Of a DNA stretch of 64,000 nt, positions 48,858 through 58,042 are shown piece after piece. Below the pieces are notes generated by a model, which ran no database searches, had not been told where the DNA came from, and saw nothing but the letters and a program-made list of their open reading frames with translations. Numbering within the stretch: the first letter of the stretch is position 1; every line of letters begins with the position of its first letter. The translations under genes were made by a program, and so were the position numbers. The stretch is taken from NCBI GenBank assembly GCA_022184915.1, contig JAGTJU010000001.1, forward strand, positions 868,057 through 932,056, written 5' to 3'. Source of the DNA: Myxococcales bacterium. GTDB taxonomy: Bacteria > Myxococcota_A > Polyangia > Fen-1088.

Positions 48858-49880
48858 ATGTTGCAGCTCGAAAACGCGTCCGGCCTGCCGGCTTCCCTGG
48901 CCGTGTTTCCCGATCCCCACGGCATCGATACTCTCTACACCGTCGTCAAAGCTACGTTCGCCTTGCGACCGCGGCTGGCCTTGGCCGATGAGCAGCTGCC
49001 CGTGTCGGCGGTCGACGCGTGGCGGGGCGAGCCCGGCAAGAGCAGCCTCACCGAGGTCAGCGAATTTCACCTCGGCAAACCGGGCACCGACGTGCTCCTC
49101 ACCGGGCACGCCGTGGCCCCGCAGGGCCGGCCCGCCCCGCAGAGCGCCGTGCGCCTGGTGGTTGCCAATCGGCAGAAAACGGCGGCCATTTTTGGCAAGC
49201 GCGTGTGGCGGCGCGGGGGCACGCTCTGCCCGCCCGAGCCCTTCGAGAAGGTCCCGCTCGTGTGGGAACACGCTTACGGTGGTTGCCACGAGGTGACGCC
49301 CGGTGGGGCCCTGCTGGGCGAAGACGCCAATCCCCTGGGGGTGGGCTTCGTGGGCCGCCGCTCCGCCGAGAGCTTCATCAGCACACCGGCCCCGCAGATC
49401 GAAGATCCTGCGGCCCTCATGCAAACACTCGGGGACAGGCCCCCCCCTGTGGGCTTTGGGCCGATGCCCGCCGCCTGGGCCGCGCGTCGGCGCTTTGCTG
49501 GCACCTACGATGCGGCCTGGCAGCGCACGCGGGCGCCCTACCTGCCCGCCGATTTCGATCCTCGCTTTTTTCACGTGGCCCCCGCGCCCTTCGCCTTCGC
49601 GCACCCGCTGCAAGGCGGTGAACCGGTCTCTGTCATTGGCGTGTCTTACGACGGACCCTATGCCTTTGCGGTGCCACGTCTCGTGGTGGGGGTCCACGTC
49701 GTGCTGGCGCGCCGGCAGCAGATCGTGCAAGCGATGCTCGAGACCCTGTGGATCCACGCCGACACGGCCCGCGTGAGCTTGTCCTACCGGGCCGCGCTCG
49801 CGTGCGACAAAGAGGTCCTCGCGGTGAAGAAGGTGCGAATCGAGGTGGCTGGCCTCGAGGAAGTAGGGCTGGCCGCGTGA
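48858..49880 (+). CDS. DUF2169-family protein (T6SS effector adaptor/chaperone family)
   Basis: N-terminal MLQLENASGLPASLAVFPDPHGIDTLYTVVKATFAL matches the DUF2169 N-terminal signature. 340 aa is typical. Confidence 0.65.
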   Translation: MLQLENASGLPASLAVFPDPHGIDTLYTVVKATFALRPRLALADEQLPVSAVDAWRGEPGKSSLTEVSEFHLGKPGTDVLLTGHAVAPQGRPAPQSAVRLVVANRQKTAAIFGKRVWRRGGTLCPPEPFEKVPLVWEHAYGGCHEVTPGGALLGEDANPLGVGFVGRRSAESFISTPAPQIEDPAALMQTLGDRPPPVGFGPMPAAWAARRRFAGTYDAAWQRTRAPYLPADFDPRFFHVAPAPFAFAHPLQGGEPVSVIGVSYDGPYAFAVPRLVVGVHVVLARRQQIVQAMLETLWIHADTARVSLSYRAALACDKEVLAVKKVRIEVAGLEEVGLAA

Positions 49881-50938
49881 ATCAACCCGTGTACCTCTTG
49901 GCAAGCGGAGCTCTTTGCGCCCTCGGCATCGGCGTGGCGCAGATTTGGGCGGCGGCGCGTGCGGGGCTCTCGCGCACCGCCGCGTCGCCCCTACGAGGCG
50001 GCTCCGGTGAGCCCCTCACTCTGGCGCTGGTGCCCGAAGACGCGCTGGCACCGCTTGACCCCGCGCTCGAAGCACAGCATCCCGCGCAGGTCGAAGGTCG
50101 GCTGCTGCGCTTGATGGCGTCGCCTTTGGCCGAAATCGCGAGCGGGCCGCTCGCTTCCGCACCCCTGCCTCTTTATCTCGGCATGCCCGAGCCCGAGCCG
50201 GGGTTCGGTCGAGCCTTCGATGACAGGCGGTTTTTGTCGCAGGTGGCGCAGCTTGCCGCCGTGCCGATCGACCCCGCGCGCAGCCGTGTGTTTCGGCAGG
50301 GACGGGCGGCGGGCTTCTTTGCGTTGGCTGCGGCTGAGGAGGCGCTCGCGCGCGGAGACTTTACGCACGTTCTCGTGGGCGGGGTGGATAGCTACCTCGA
50401 TCCCGTTCGCCTCGCGCGTCTGGACGCCGAAGGGCGGCTCTTGGGTCCCCACACGATGGACGGCTTCATCCCCGGTGAAGGGGCGGCCGTGCTGCTTCTC
50501 GCGAAGGTGCCCCCTGCTGCGGGGGTGGCGGCGTGTAGGCTCTCCGGTGTGGCCACGGCGTTTGATGCCGGGCATCGCTACGCCGAAGCGCCTGCCCTGG
50601 GTGAAGGCCTTGCGGCCGCCCTTGAGAGCCTGCGCGCGGCGGGGCGTGGCCCCCAAGGTCCCGCAGAGGTCGTCTTCGCCGGGCTCACCGGCGAGAGCTT
50701 CGGCGCGAAGACCTGGGGCGTGGCGCAGCTACGCCACCGCGACCTCATCTCACCCGAAGCCCTGCTCGAGCACCCCGCGGAGGGGTTCGGCGACGTGGGA
50801 GCGGCGATGGGCCCGCTTTTGCTAGCGCTCGCCGATGCGTCCCTGGTGCTCGGGCACCGGGACGGCCCCGCGCTCGTATGGGCCAATGCGGATCGGGGTC
50901 CCTGCGGCTGTGCGTTCATCGAAACCGCTACACCCTGA
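49877..50938 (+). CDS. Beta-ketoacyl-synthase-like (thiolase-fold) protein lacking the canonical catalytic Cys
   Basis: GTG start overlapping the DUF2169 stop (GTGA). KAS-like N-terminus (VYLLASGALCALGIG..IWAAARAG) and FIPGEGAAVLLL. No TACSS-type Cys motif at the expected position. Confidence 0.55.
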   Translation: MNQPVYLLASGALCALGIGVAQIWAAARAGLSRTAASPLRGGSGEPLTLALVPEDALAPLDPALEAQHPAQVEGRLLRLMASPLAEIASGPLASAPLPLYLGMPEPEPGFGRAFDDRRFLSQVAQLAAVPIDPARSRVFRQGRAAGFFALAAAEEALARGDFTHVLVGGVDSYLDPVRLARLDAEGRLLGPHTMDGFIPGEGAAVLLLAKVPPAAGVAACRLSGVATAFDAGHRYAEAPALGEGLAAALESLRAAGRGPQGPAEVVFAGLTGESFGAKTWGVAQLRHRDLISPEALLEHPAEGFGDVGAAMGPLLLALADASLVLGHRDGPALVWANADRGPCGCAFIETATP

Positions 50939-50956
50939 GCTAACGAGGAGACCGCC

Positions 50957-51341
50957 ATGGCACAGACCACCTTCGCGAACATGCGTGGCATCGTCCACAA
51001 GGGCTCGGGGGGCACGAGCCCCGTGTTTCCTGACGTCTGCAAAACGCCTGCCCCTCCGGCCGGGCCCCTGCCCATTCCTTACCCCAACATGGGGCAAGCC
51101 AGTCACACGAGCGGGGGGCCCACGAAGGTGAAGGTCGACGGGCAGATGCCCATGACCAAGGGTGCAAAGTACCAGATGAGCGCGGGGGGACGAGGCCGGC
51201 GCGGTGGGGGGCGTGATGAGCGGAAAGATCAAGGGCGCGTGTGAGTTCATGATGTACTCCTTCGACGTGAAGTTCGAAGGCAAAAACGTGTGCCGCATGG
51301 GCGATCCGCTCTTCCACAACGAAAAGAATGCGATGGGTTGA
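50957..51341 (+). pseudogene. PAAR-like DUF4150 (Tox-PAAR-like) gene disrupted by a frameshift in a G6 homopolymer (51184-51189)
   Basis: GAGGAG RBS. The N-terminal part (VHKGSGGTSPVFPDVCKTPAPPAGPLPIPYPN...) is in the ORF-track frame to 51244. The C-terminal part (GVMSGKIKGACEFMMYSFDVKFEGKNVCRMGDPLFHNEKNAMG*) is in the -1 frame, ending at the TGA at 51339-51341. Confidence 0.6.
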
Positions 51342-51346
51342 CTGAC

Positions 51347-52123
51347 ATGCAGCTCGGAGAAGCCATAGCCGTCATGGTGGCCGCGCCCGACGAGGGCGCG
51401 TGCTGGGCCTGCGAAGCGCCCCCACCCGAAGATCCCAAACCCAACGATCTCGCCGAAGATCCCGATTCGGCAAGCGCCGCCGAGAACAATCTGCACAACG
51501 ACTCGAGCAAGCTCGGCCGCAACCTTGGCCGTAGGCCTTCGTGGAACATCACGGTGCCAGACCGAGACGCGAGCGGTGGCACCATGACCCGCTCGGTGAC
51601 CGTGGTTCCGGGCGCCCATCACTTGATTCCGGGGAACGCCTCGCTCAAAAAAACGCCCTCGCTGCTCGCGCTCATGGAGAAACAAAAGGGCAAGGTGCGC
51701 GAGGACATCGGGTACGACGTCAACGGCGCCAAAAACGGCATTTGGCTACCAGCGAACTATGGGGTGAGGTCCGATTCGGAGTTCGGCAAGGCCTGGAGCG
51801 CTTACGGCTTTCAGAACGACTACGCCCTGGCGGCCATGAAGCGCGCCGGCGCGCAGTTTCACGACGCACACCCGGACTATAGCCGCAACGTGCAGCGCAC
51901 CCTCCGGGCCCTCGCTGACAAGATCAAGCTGCACGCCCCCGAAAAGTGTGGCATCTGCGAAAAAGAGATCTCCGACAAGGCGCGCCCTCCCTACGGCCTC
52001 GTGGGGCGCCTCGATGGGGTGTCACGCCAACACCGGGCCTTCTTGGCCGGTCCCGTGCGCAAGTGGCCCATCGCCAGTGGGTACTACACGTCCGCGCGTT
52101 CGGCGCTCATGAAGGGGAGTTAA
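51347..52123 (+). CDS. AHH-family nuclease toxin (HNH/EndoVII superfamily)
   Basis: GAHHLIP ... NGIWLP ... H motif arrangement characteristic of Tox-AHH. ATG is 5 nt after the PAAR-like stop. Confidence 0.65.
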   Translation: MQLGEAIAVMVAAPDEGACWACEAPPPEDPKPNDLAEDPDSASAAENNLHNDSSKLGRNLGRRPSWNITVPDRDASGGTMTRSVTVVPGAHHLIPGNASLKKTPSLLALMEKQKGKVREDIGYDVNGAKNGIWLPANYGVRSDSEFGKAWSAYGFQNDYALAAMKRAGAQFHDAHPDYSRNVQRTLRALADKIKLHAPEKCGICEKEISDKARPPYGLVGRLDGVSRQHRAFLAGPVRKWPIASGYYTSARSALMKGS

Positions 52124-52683
52124 TGAGTTACTTCGTTCTGCAAGCGCGCACCCCCGTGGACGACGAGGGCGGCTACTACGACATCGGCGACGGCATCGAG
52201 CTCGACGGCGTGCGCAGCTGGGCCCTGGGGGTGCCGATCACCGCTTCTCTCGCCACGCCCCTCGTGGTTCCGCTCACCCCCATCGAGGGCTTCACGGGTG
52301 ATGTGCCCGCGTTGGCCGATGGGTATCTGTGTCTCATGAGCCATCCCCTCGTCGAGGCGCTGCGTGCAGCCGGTGTGGATAACCTTCAGACCTTCGATGC
52401 GGTCTTGGTCGACGAGACCCACGGGCGCACGTTTGCCTATCAGGCCGTCAACATCATCGGCATGGTCGCCGCGGCCGATCTGCAAGCGTCCCAGTGGGAG
52501 AACCTGGATGGCCCCGCGAAGATGGACACTCACTTCGACGAGCTGAAGATCGACCCCGATCGCGCGCTGGGCTTGCTTCTCTTTCGCCTGGCGGAGAACA
52601 CCGGGATCATCGTCGTTCACGAGCGCATCAAAAAGGCGCTCGAGGCGGCCGGGATCCCCACGTTGGTGTTTTTGCCGGCCTGA
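52123..52683 (+). CDS. Putative cognate immunity protein (possibly Imm11/DUF1629-like)
   Basis: TAATG overlap with the toxin gene. GGGGAG RBS. 186-aa acidic protein starting MSYFVLQ. The position is typical for immunity genes. Confidence 0.5.
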   Translation: MSYFVLQARTPVDDEGGYYDIGDGIELDGVRSWALGVPITASLATPLVVPLTPIEGFTGDVPALADGYLCLMSHPLVEALRAAGVDNLQTFDAVLVDETHGRTFAYQAVNIIGMVAAADLQASQWENLDGPAKMDTHFDELKIDPDRALGLLLFRLAENTGIIVVHERIKKALEAAGIPTLVFLPA

Positions 52684-52690
52684 GCTGCCG

Positions 52691-53698
52691 TCAGCGCATG
52701 AGGTCGATCACCCGTGTGGTGAAGGCCTCGGTCGTGCTCGTTCCGCCAATGTCCACCGTGGTGTACTTGCCCTCGGCGATGGCCGCTCTGACCGCGTTTT
52801 CCAGGCGCTGCGCGCGCTCTCGTTGCCCCAGACGATCCAGCATCATGGCCCCGGCCAGCATCACCGCCGTGGGGTTCGCCTTGCCTTGCCCGGCGATGTC
52901 GGGGGCCGTGCCGTGAACGGCTTCGAAAATGGCGGCGCTTTCGCCGATGTTGGCACCCGCCGTGAGCCCCAGGCCCCCCACCAGGCCCGCCGTCAGGTCC
53001 GACAGAATGTCTCCGAACAGGTTCGTGGTGACGATGATGTCGAAGCGTGAGGGATCGCGCACCAGCTGCATCGCGCAGTTGTCGACGATGAGGTCCTCGA
53101 ACACGATGTCGGGGTAGCTGCGCGCGATGTCGCGGCCCGTGTCCAGGAACAGGCCCGACGTCATCTTCAAGATGTTCGCTTTGTGGACCAGGGTCACCTT
53201 CTTGCGCCCGGCAGCCCGCGCGAACTCGAAGGCGAAGCGAATGATCCTATCGCAGCCGTGCCGCGTGATGATGCTGATCGCCTCGGCCGCGCTGCGCGTG
53301 GGGTCGATGTAATGTTCGATGCCCACGTACTCCCCTTGCGTGTTTTCCCGCACAACGAAAAGGTCCACCGTGTCGTAGCGCCCCTTGATGCCCTCGAACT
53401 TCCGCGCGGGCCGCAAGTTGGCGTAAAGATCGAACTCGAGCCGCAAGGAGACGTTCACGCTCTTGTAGCCGCCCCCCACGGGTGTGGCCAAGGGCCCCTT
53501 GAGGCAGACCTGGTTGGCACGGATCGATGCCAACGTGGCCTCAGGCAGCGGGGCGCCATGTTTCGGCACCGCGCTCGCCCCCGCGTCCTGCGGGTCCCAG
53601 GTGAGCGCTGCGCCCGTGGCCTCGATCGCGCGCACGGCGGCGTCCACGACCTCCGGCCCAATTCCATCCCCCCGAATCAACGTGACCTTGGTTGACAT
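52691..53698 (-). CDS. Isocitrate/isopropylmalate dehydrogenase family protein (likely NAD-dependent isocitrate or homoisocitrate dehydrogenase)
   Basis: [12 protein letters not shown]-terminus, NLFGDILSD motif, 335 aa. Confidence 0.8.
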   Translation of the reverse strand: MSTKVTLIRGDGIGPEVVDAAVRAIEATGAALTWDPQDAGASAVPKHGAPLPEATLASIRANQVCLKGPLATPVGGGYKSVNVSLRLEFDLYANLRPARKFEGIKGRYDTVDLFVVRENTQGEYVGIEHYIDPTRSAAEAISIITRHGCDRIIRFAFEFARAAGRKKVTLVHKANILKMTSGLFLDTGRDIARSYPDIVFEDLIVDNCAMQLVRDPSRFDIIVTTNLFGDILSDLTAGLVGGLGLTAGANIGESAAIFEAVHGTAPDIAGQGKANPTAVMLAGAMMLDRLGQRERAQRLENAVRAAIAEGKYTTVDIGGTSTTEAFTTRVIDLMR

Positions 53699-53737
53699 CT
53701 CGATTTCGGAGTATAGGGGAACTCCCCAGCAAACATC

Positions 53738-56080
53738 GTGTTAGTCCCCCCGTCACACCTCGAATTTCTCGATTGGCCCGCCGTGGTCGACCGTCTGGCC
53801 GCGGGAGCCCAGTCCGACCGCGGCAGGGAATTTTGCCGCGCGCTGCTGCCCCTGGAAAACATGGAGGAAGCCCGCGCGCGGGGGCAGTGGGCCCGCGAGC
53901 TCATGGACATCTTGGTCCGCGAGGGCCGCATGCCGTCGCTGGCCTTCCCGGAGATCGAGCCTCACCTGCAACTCGCGCAGCAGGGGGGCGTGCTGGGGGC
54001 GGACGAGATGAGCCGGATCGGGGCATTTTGCGAGATCGGGGCCACCTGTCGGCGCTTCTTCGCGCGCTTTGCGCCGGGCGCAGGCGTGCACGAGGCCGCT
54101 GGCGTGTGGGGCCTGGTGGCGCCGCTCGGCGAGTGGGGCGAGCTGGCGCGGCTTGCGCGCGAGACCTTCGACGCCTCGGGGGAGATCCGTGACAGCGCCT
54201 CCCCGGTGCTGGCCCGGCTGCGCCGCGAGCGCGATCTGCTCGCCGCCCGCATCCGCGAGCAGGCCGAGGCGCTGCTCCTGTCGGAGGCGTACGAGCCCCT
54301 GCTGCAAGATCGCTTCGTCACCCAGCGCGGGGATCGCTTCGTGTTGCCGGTGCGCGCGTCGTTCAAGTCGATGGGCATGGGCATCGTGCACGATACGTCG
54401 CGCACCGGAGAGACCGTGTTCATCGAGCCCACGGCCCTCGTCGAGCTGAACAACAGGCTCAAGGTGCTCGAGCTCGAGATCCGCCACGAATGCCGCCGCA
54501 TCCTGGAGGAGCTCGCCGCCCTGGTGGCCGAAGCGGCTCCCGCCCTTCGCACCGATCTCGCGCGGCTCGGCCAGCTCGATTTTCTCGTGGCGCTGGCCCG
54601 TTACGGCGTGGCGTGTGACGGCACCCTGCTGACGCTCGTCGATGGCCCCGAACTCGATCTGTGCGATCTGCGCCACCCGCTGCTCGTGCTCCGCGCGCGG
54701 AGTGAAGGCTTTGCCGTGGTCGCGAACGAGGTGCACCTCGGGGGCTCTCTGGGCGCGCAGCTGCTGGTGGTGAGTGGACCCAACGCGGGCGGCAAAACGG
54801 TGTTCCTGAAGGCCGTGGGGCTGGCCGTGCTCTCGGCCCATGCGGGTTTGCCCGTGCCGGCCAGCGCACGTTGCCGCGTGGGGCGCTTTTCGGCGGTGCT
54901 GGCCGATATCGGCGACCAGCAAAGCGTGCTCGGCGATCTGTCCACGTTCTCGGCGCACCTGGCGAACATGGCAGGCATCCTCGAGACCGTGGCCGCCACG
55001 GGGGGGCAGCCGGCGCTCGTGCTCTGCGACGAGCTCATGGCGGGCACCAACCCGGACCAAGGGGCTGCGCTCGCACGGGCTTGCCTGGAAGCGATGGCAG
55101 AGGGCCGGGCCTTGGGCGTCTGCACCACCCACTACGACGCGCTCAAGGCTTTGGCCGACGGCGATGCGCGCTTTCGCAACGCGGGCATGGAATACGATCC
55201 CGAGAACCTGCGCCCCACCTTTCGGATGCGGGAAGGCTTGCCGGGGCGTAGCTACGCGCTCGACATCGCGGGGCGCATGGGCCTGCCCGTGACGGTGTTG
55301 GCCCGCGCGCAGGAGCTCGTGGGGGCGCCGTCGGTGGGGCTCGAGACGGTGTTGCGCGATCTCGAGCTGCGGGAGGCCTCGCTTGCCGCACAGGAGGCCG
55401 CCCTCGCGGAGGCCCGGGCGGAGTTCGAGCACCAAGCCGAGCGAGAAAAGTCCGCGACCGAGGCCCTCGTCAAGCGCGAACGTGAGCTGGCGGTGAAGAT
55501 CCGGGAAACGATCGAGACTTCCGTCAAACAAGCGCGCGAGCAGCTTCGGGAGATCGTGCAGACCGCACGCAACGAAGCGGCAAACAAGGGCGTCGATCGC
55601 GCGGTCGCAGCGGCGCGGGAGGCGCTGGCGCGCACGGCGGAGGCGGCCCGCGAGGGCTTGCCCGAGGCGGACCCCAAGCTGGATCTCGAGCGGCTCAAGA
55701 AGGCCTGGGCCCGCCGGGGCTTTCGCGGCCTCAAGGGCGAGGGGGTGGTGGCGGCGGGGCCTGTGAAGCCCCCACCCGGCAAGCCGATGGCCGCCCCGGC
55801 CCCCGAGGACGAGTTCGCAGGGGTCCTCAAATCTCGGCGCAACAGCATCGATGTGCGCGGCCTGCGGGTCGATGACGCCTTGGCCACGGTCGAGTCGCGG
55901 CTCGACGAAGCCCTGCGCGAGGGCGCCGATGCCGTGTTCGTGATTCACGGTTACGGCTCGGGCGCGCTCCGTAAAGCCGTGCGGGAGTTCCTGTCGCTCT
56001 CTCCCGCGGTTGCACGGCAGCGTCCTGGTCAGCGCGAAGAGGGTGGTGATGGCGTCACCGTGGCAATCGTGAGGGGCTAG
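53738..56080 (+). CDS. mutS2: Endonuclease MutS2 (MutS domain plus C-terminal Smr domain)
   Basis: Walker A (SGPNAGGKTVFLKAVG). MutS signature (LCDELMAGTNPDQGAALA). C-terminal Smr (IDVRGLRVDDALATVESRLDEA...VIHGYGSGALRKAV). Confidence 0.85.
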   Translation: MLVPPSHLEFLDWPAVVDRLAAGAQSDRGREFCRALLPLENMEEARARGQWARELMDILVREGRMPSLAFPEIEPHLQLAQQGGVLGADEMSRIGAFCEIGATCRRFFARFAPGAGVHEAAGVWGLVAPLGEWGELARLARETFDASGEIRDSASPVLARLRRERDLLAARIREQAEALLLSEAYEPLLQDRFVTQRGDRFVLPVRASFKSMGMGIVHDTSRTGETVFIEPTALVELNNRLKVLELEIRHECRRILEELAALVAEAAPALRTDLARLGQLDFLVALARYGVACDGTLLTLVDGPELDLCDLRHPLLVLRARSEGFAVVANEVHLGGSLGAQLLVVSGPNAGGKTVFLKAVGLAVLSAHAGLPVPASARCRVGRFSAVLADIGDQQSVLGDLSTFSAHLANMAGILETVAATGGQPALVLCDELMAGTNPDQGAALARACLEAMAEGRALGVCTTHYDALKALADGDARFRNAGMEYDPENLRPTFRMREGLPGRSYALDIAGRMGLPVTVLARAQELVGAPSVGLETVLRDLELREASLAAQEAALAEARAEFEHQAEREKSATEALVKRERELAVKIRETIETSVKQAREQLREIVQTARNEAANKGVDRAVAAAREALARTAEAAREGLPEADPKLDLERLKKAWARRGFRGLKGEGVVAAGPVKPPPGKPMAAPAPEDEFAGVLKSRRNSIDVRGLRVDDALATVESRLDEALREGADAVFVIHGYGSGALRKAVREFLSLSPAVARQRPGQREEGGDGVTVAIVRG

Positions 56081-56083
56081 GCC

Positions 56084-58033
56084 GTGCTGCCTCTTCGGCT
56101 CCACCGCGCTCTGGCTGCCCTGGCCGCTGCCCTGGCCGCAGGTCCCGCCGGGGTGGCCCTGGCGTGGCTCTTTCAGCTTTTCGCGGCCCGCCTCACGTTC
56201 GCCCTTGACCTCGAGTGGATGGAGGGAGGCCTGCTGCTTCACGCGCAGCGCCTGCAGCAGGGCCTCGAAATTTACGTTCCGCCCTCGCTCGACTTCATTC
56301 CTTATCTCTACACGCCCTTTTATCCGCAGCTTCTCGCGTGGCTCGGGCATGTGTTTCCCCTGGGCTACGGGCTTGGCCGTTCGGTGTCCGTGCTGGCGTT
56401 CGCAGGGGTGTGCCTGCTTGCACCCGTTTTGGCGGTGGTTCCCGCATGGCGCTTGGACGCGGGGGCGCGGCGGTGGGGGGCGTTGCTGGCGGGGGCGCTG
56501 GGGCTGGGGGCCGCAGGGCCCATCGCAGCCAGCTACGTGTTCACGGGCACCTTTTACGATCTCGTCCGCGCCGATTCTTTGGCCATGTTGCTCATCGGCT
56601 TGTCCGCGACGTGCGGCTTTCTCGGGCGGCGTACGCTGTCCGCGGTGGCCGCGGGGCTCTTGATCGCGCTTGCCTTCTTCACGAAACAAACGGCGTCCTT
56701 GCCGGGCATCGCCGTGGGACTCGGGCTGCTCGTGGCAAACTTGCGACGCGGATTCATCTACGGCGTCACCGCCGCTTTGGCGCTGGGAGCCGGTGTGCTC
56801 TACTGGCAGGCCCGCAGCGGCGGTTGGTTTTGGACGTACGTCTTCGAGCTCCACCAAAGCCACGGATTCAACCGCGCTCTGGCCTATCGTGAAACGCCGC
56901 TGCGGCTCCTGCGTCAGGCCTGGCCGCTTTACAGTGCGCTTGCGCTTGCCACCGTGGGCCTGGCACTCGGGCGGCGGTTGCGAAGGATCGACGCGCTGCC
57001 CTTGTTGCTTGCCGTTTCGGGGTTCGTGGTCGCATGCGTCGGCTTTGGCACCCAGTGGGCCTTCGATAACGCCTTCATACCCGCCATCGTCTTTCCGGCT
57101 TGGGCCGTGGCGGCCCTTGGCGGGCGGCTCGTGGCCGTGGCGCCCGTGCGCCTGGGTGCGGTGGCGCTCGCGGTGCTGGTGGCTTCGGGCCTCGGCTTCG
57201 CGAGCGTGAGGGACGGCGCCCCTGACAAAAGCGCGCTTGCGCCCTCGCGCACCGATCGGCGCGCGGCCGTCCGTCTGCTCGAGATCTTGCGCGGCCTGCC
57301 GGGCGAGGGGTTCATTCCCTTTCACCCCTTTTACGCCGTGCTTTCGGGGCACAAGCCCTTCGTGCACCGCATGGGGGTGATGGACGTGGGCGCCCAGCTC
57401 GGCCGCCCCGCGGGGCTCGACCAAGCCATCGCCGAACAGCGTTTCGACTTCATCGTGCTCGACTGGAAGTCTCGCCCCTACGAATGGCCGGGGCTCGACA
57501 ACCGCTATCACGTGGTCAAGACGCTCACCGAAGGCCTCGACTCCGTACGAATGTTTTCAGGGGCACAAACCTCGCCTCGCCAGATCCTGCTGCCGATTCG
57601 ATCGCCTCCCGCCTTGCCCCCCGGCGCCACCGTGCTCTTCGACTTCGAGCAGGGCATCTGGGCGGGCTTTCAGCCCGAGGGCAACGCCTGGGACCCGACA
57701 CCGTCCCCTGCGCCCCCGGGCGCGTTTGGGCGCTTTGCCGCCGATTCGCGGGTGCTGGGCCGCCACACCAAAGGTGTGCTGCGCTCTTCTCCCTTCGTGC
57801 TCTCGGGCGGAGCCCTCCGGTTGTGGCTCGACGGAGATCGCCATCCCGGTCTGCGCGTGGCCCTGCTCGTGGGCCCCGAGGTGGTGCACGAAGCGGCCCC
57901 CAAGGGCGAACCCGCCACCCTCACCTGGCCGGTCGAGGCGTACAAAGGCCAGACCGCCACACTCATGATCGAAGACAACTCCGATGTGGGGGGCCTGGCG
58001 GTGGATCAGGTGATCGACCTCGGCACGCCCTAG
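56084..58033 (+). CDS. GT-C-type membrane glycosyltransferase-like protein (ArnT/PMT, GT39/GT83-like) with C-terminal soluble domain
   Basis: GTG start 4 nt after the mutS2 stop. 10 or more TM helices with conserved loop features of GT-C enzymes. Assignment tentative. Confidence 0.45.
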   Translation: MLPLRLHRALAALAAALAAGPAGVALAWLFQLFAARLTFALDLEWMEGGLLLHAQRLQQGLEIYVPPSLDFIPYLYTPFYPQLLAWLGHVFPLGYGLGRSVSVLAFAGVCLLAPVLAVVPAWRLDAGARRWGALLAGALGLGAAGPIAASYVFTGTFYDLVRADSLAMLLIGLSATCGFLGRRTLSAVAAGLLIALAFFTKQTASLPGIAVGLGLLVANLRRGFIYGVTAALALGAGVLYWQARSGGWFWTYVFELHQSHGFNRALAYRETPLRLLRQAWPLYSALALATVGLALGRRLRRIDALPLLLAVSGFVVACVGFGTQWAFDNAFIPAIVFPAWAVAALGGRLVAVAPVRLGAVALAVLVASGLGFASVRDGAPDKSALAPSRTDRRAAVRLLEILRGLPGEGFIPFHPFYAVLSGHKPFVHRMGVMDVGAQLGRPAGLDQAIAEQRFDFIVLDWKSRPYEWPGLDNRYHVVKTLTEGLDSVRMFSGAQTSPRQILLPIRSPPALPPGATVLFDFEQGIWAGFQPEGNAWDPTPSPAPPGAFGRFAADSRVLGRHTKGVLRSSPFVLSGGALRLWLDGDRHPGLRVALLVGPEVVHEAAPKGEPATLTWPVEAYKGQTATLMIEDNSDVGGLAVDQVIDLGTP

Positions 58034-58042
58034 GCGCGACTT

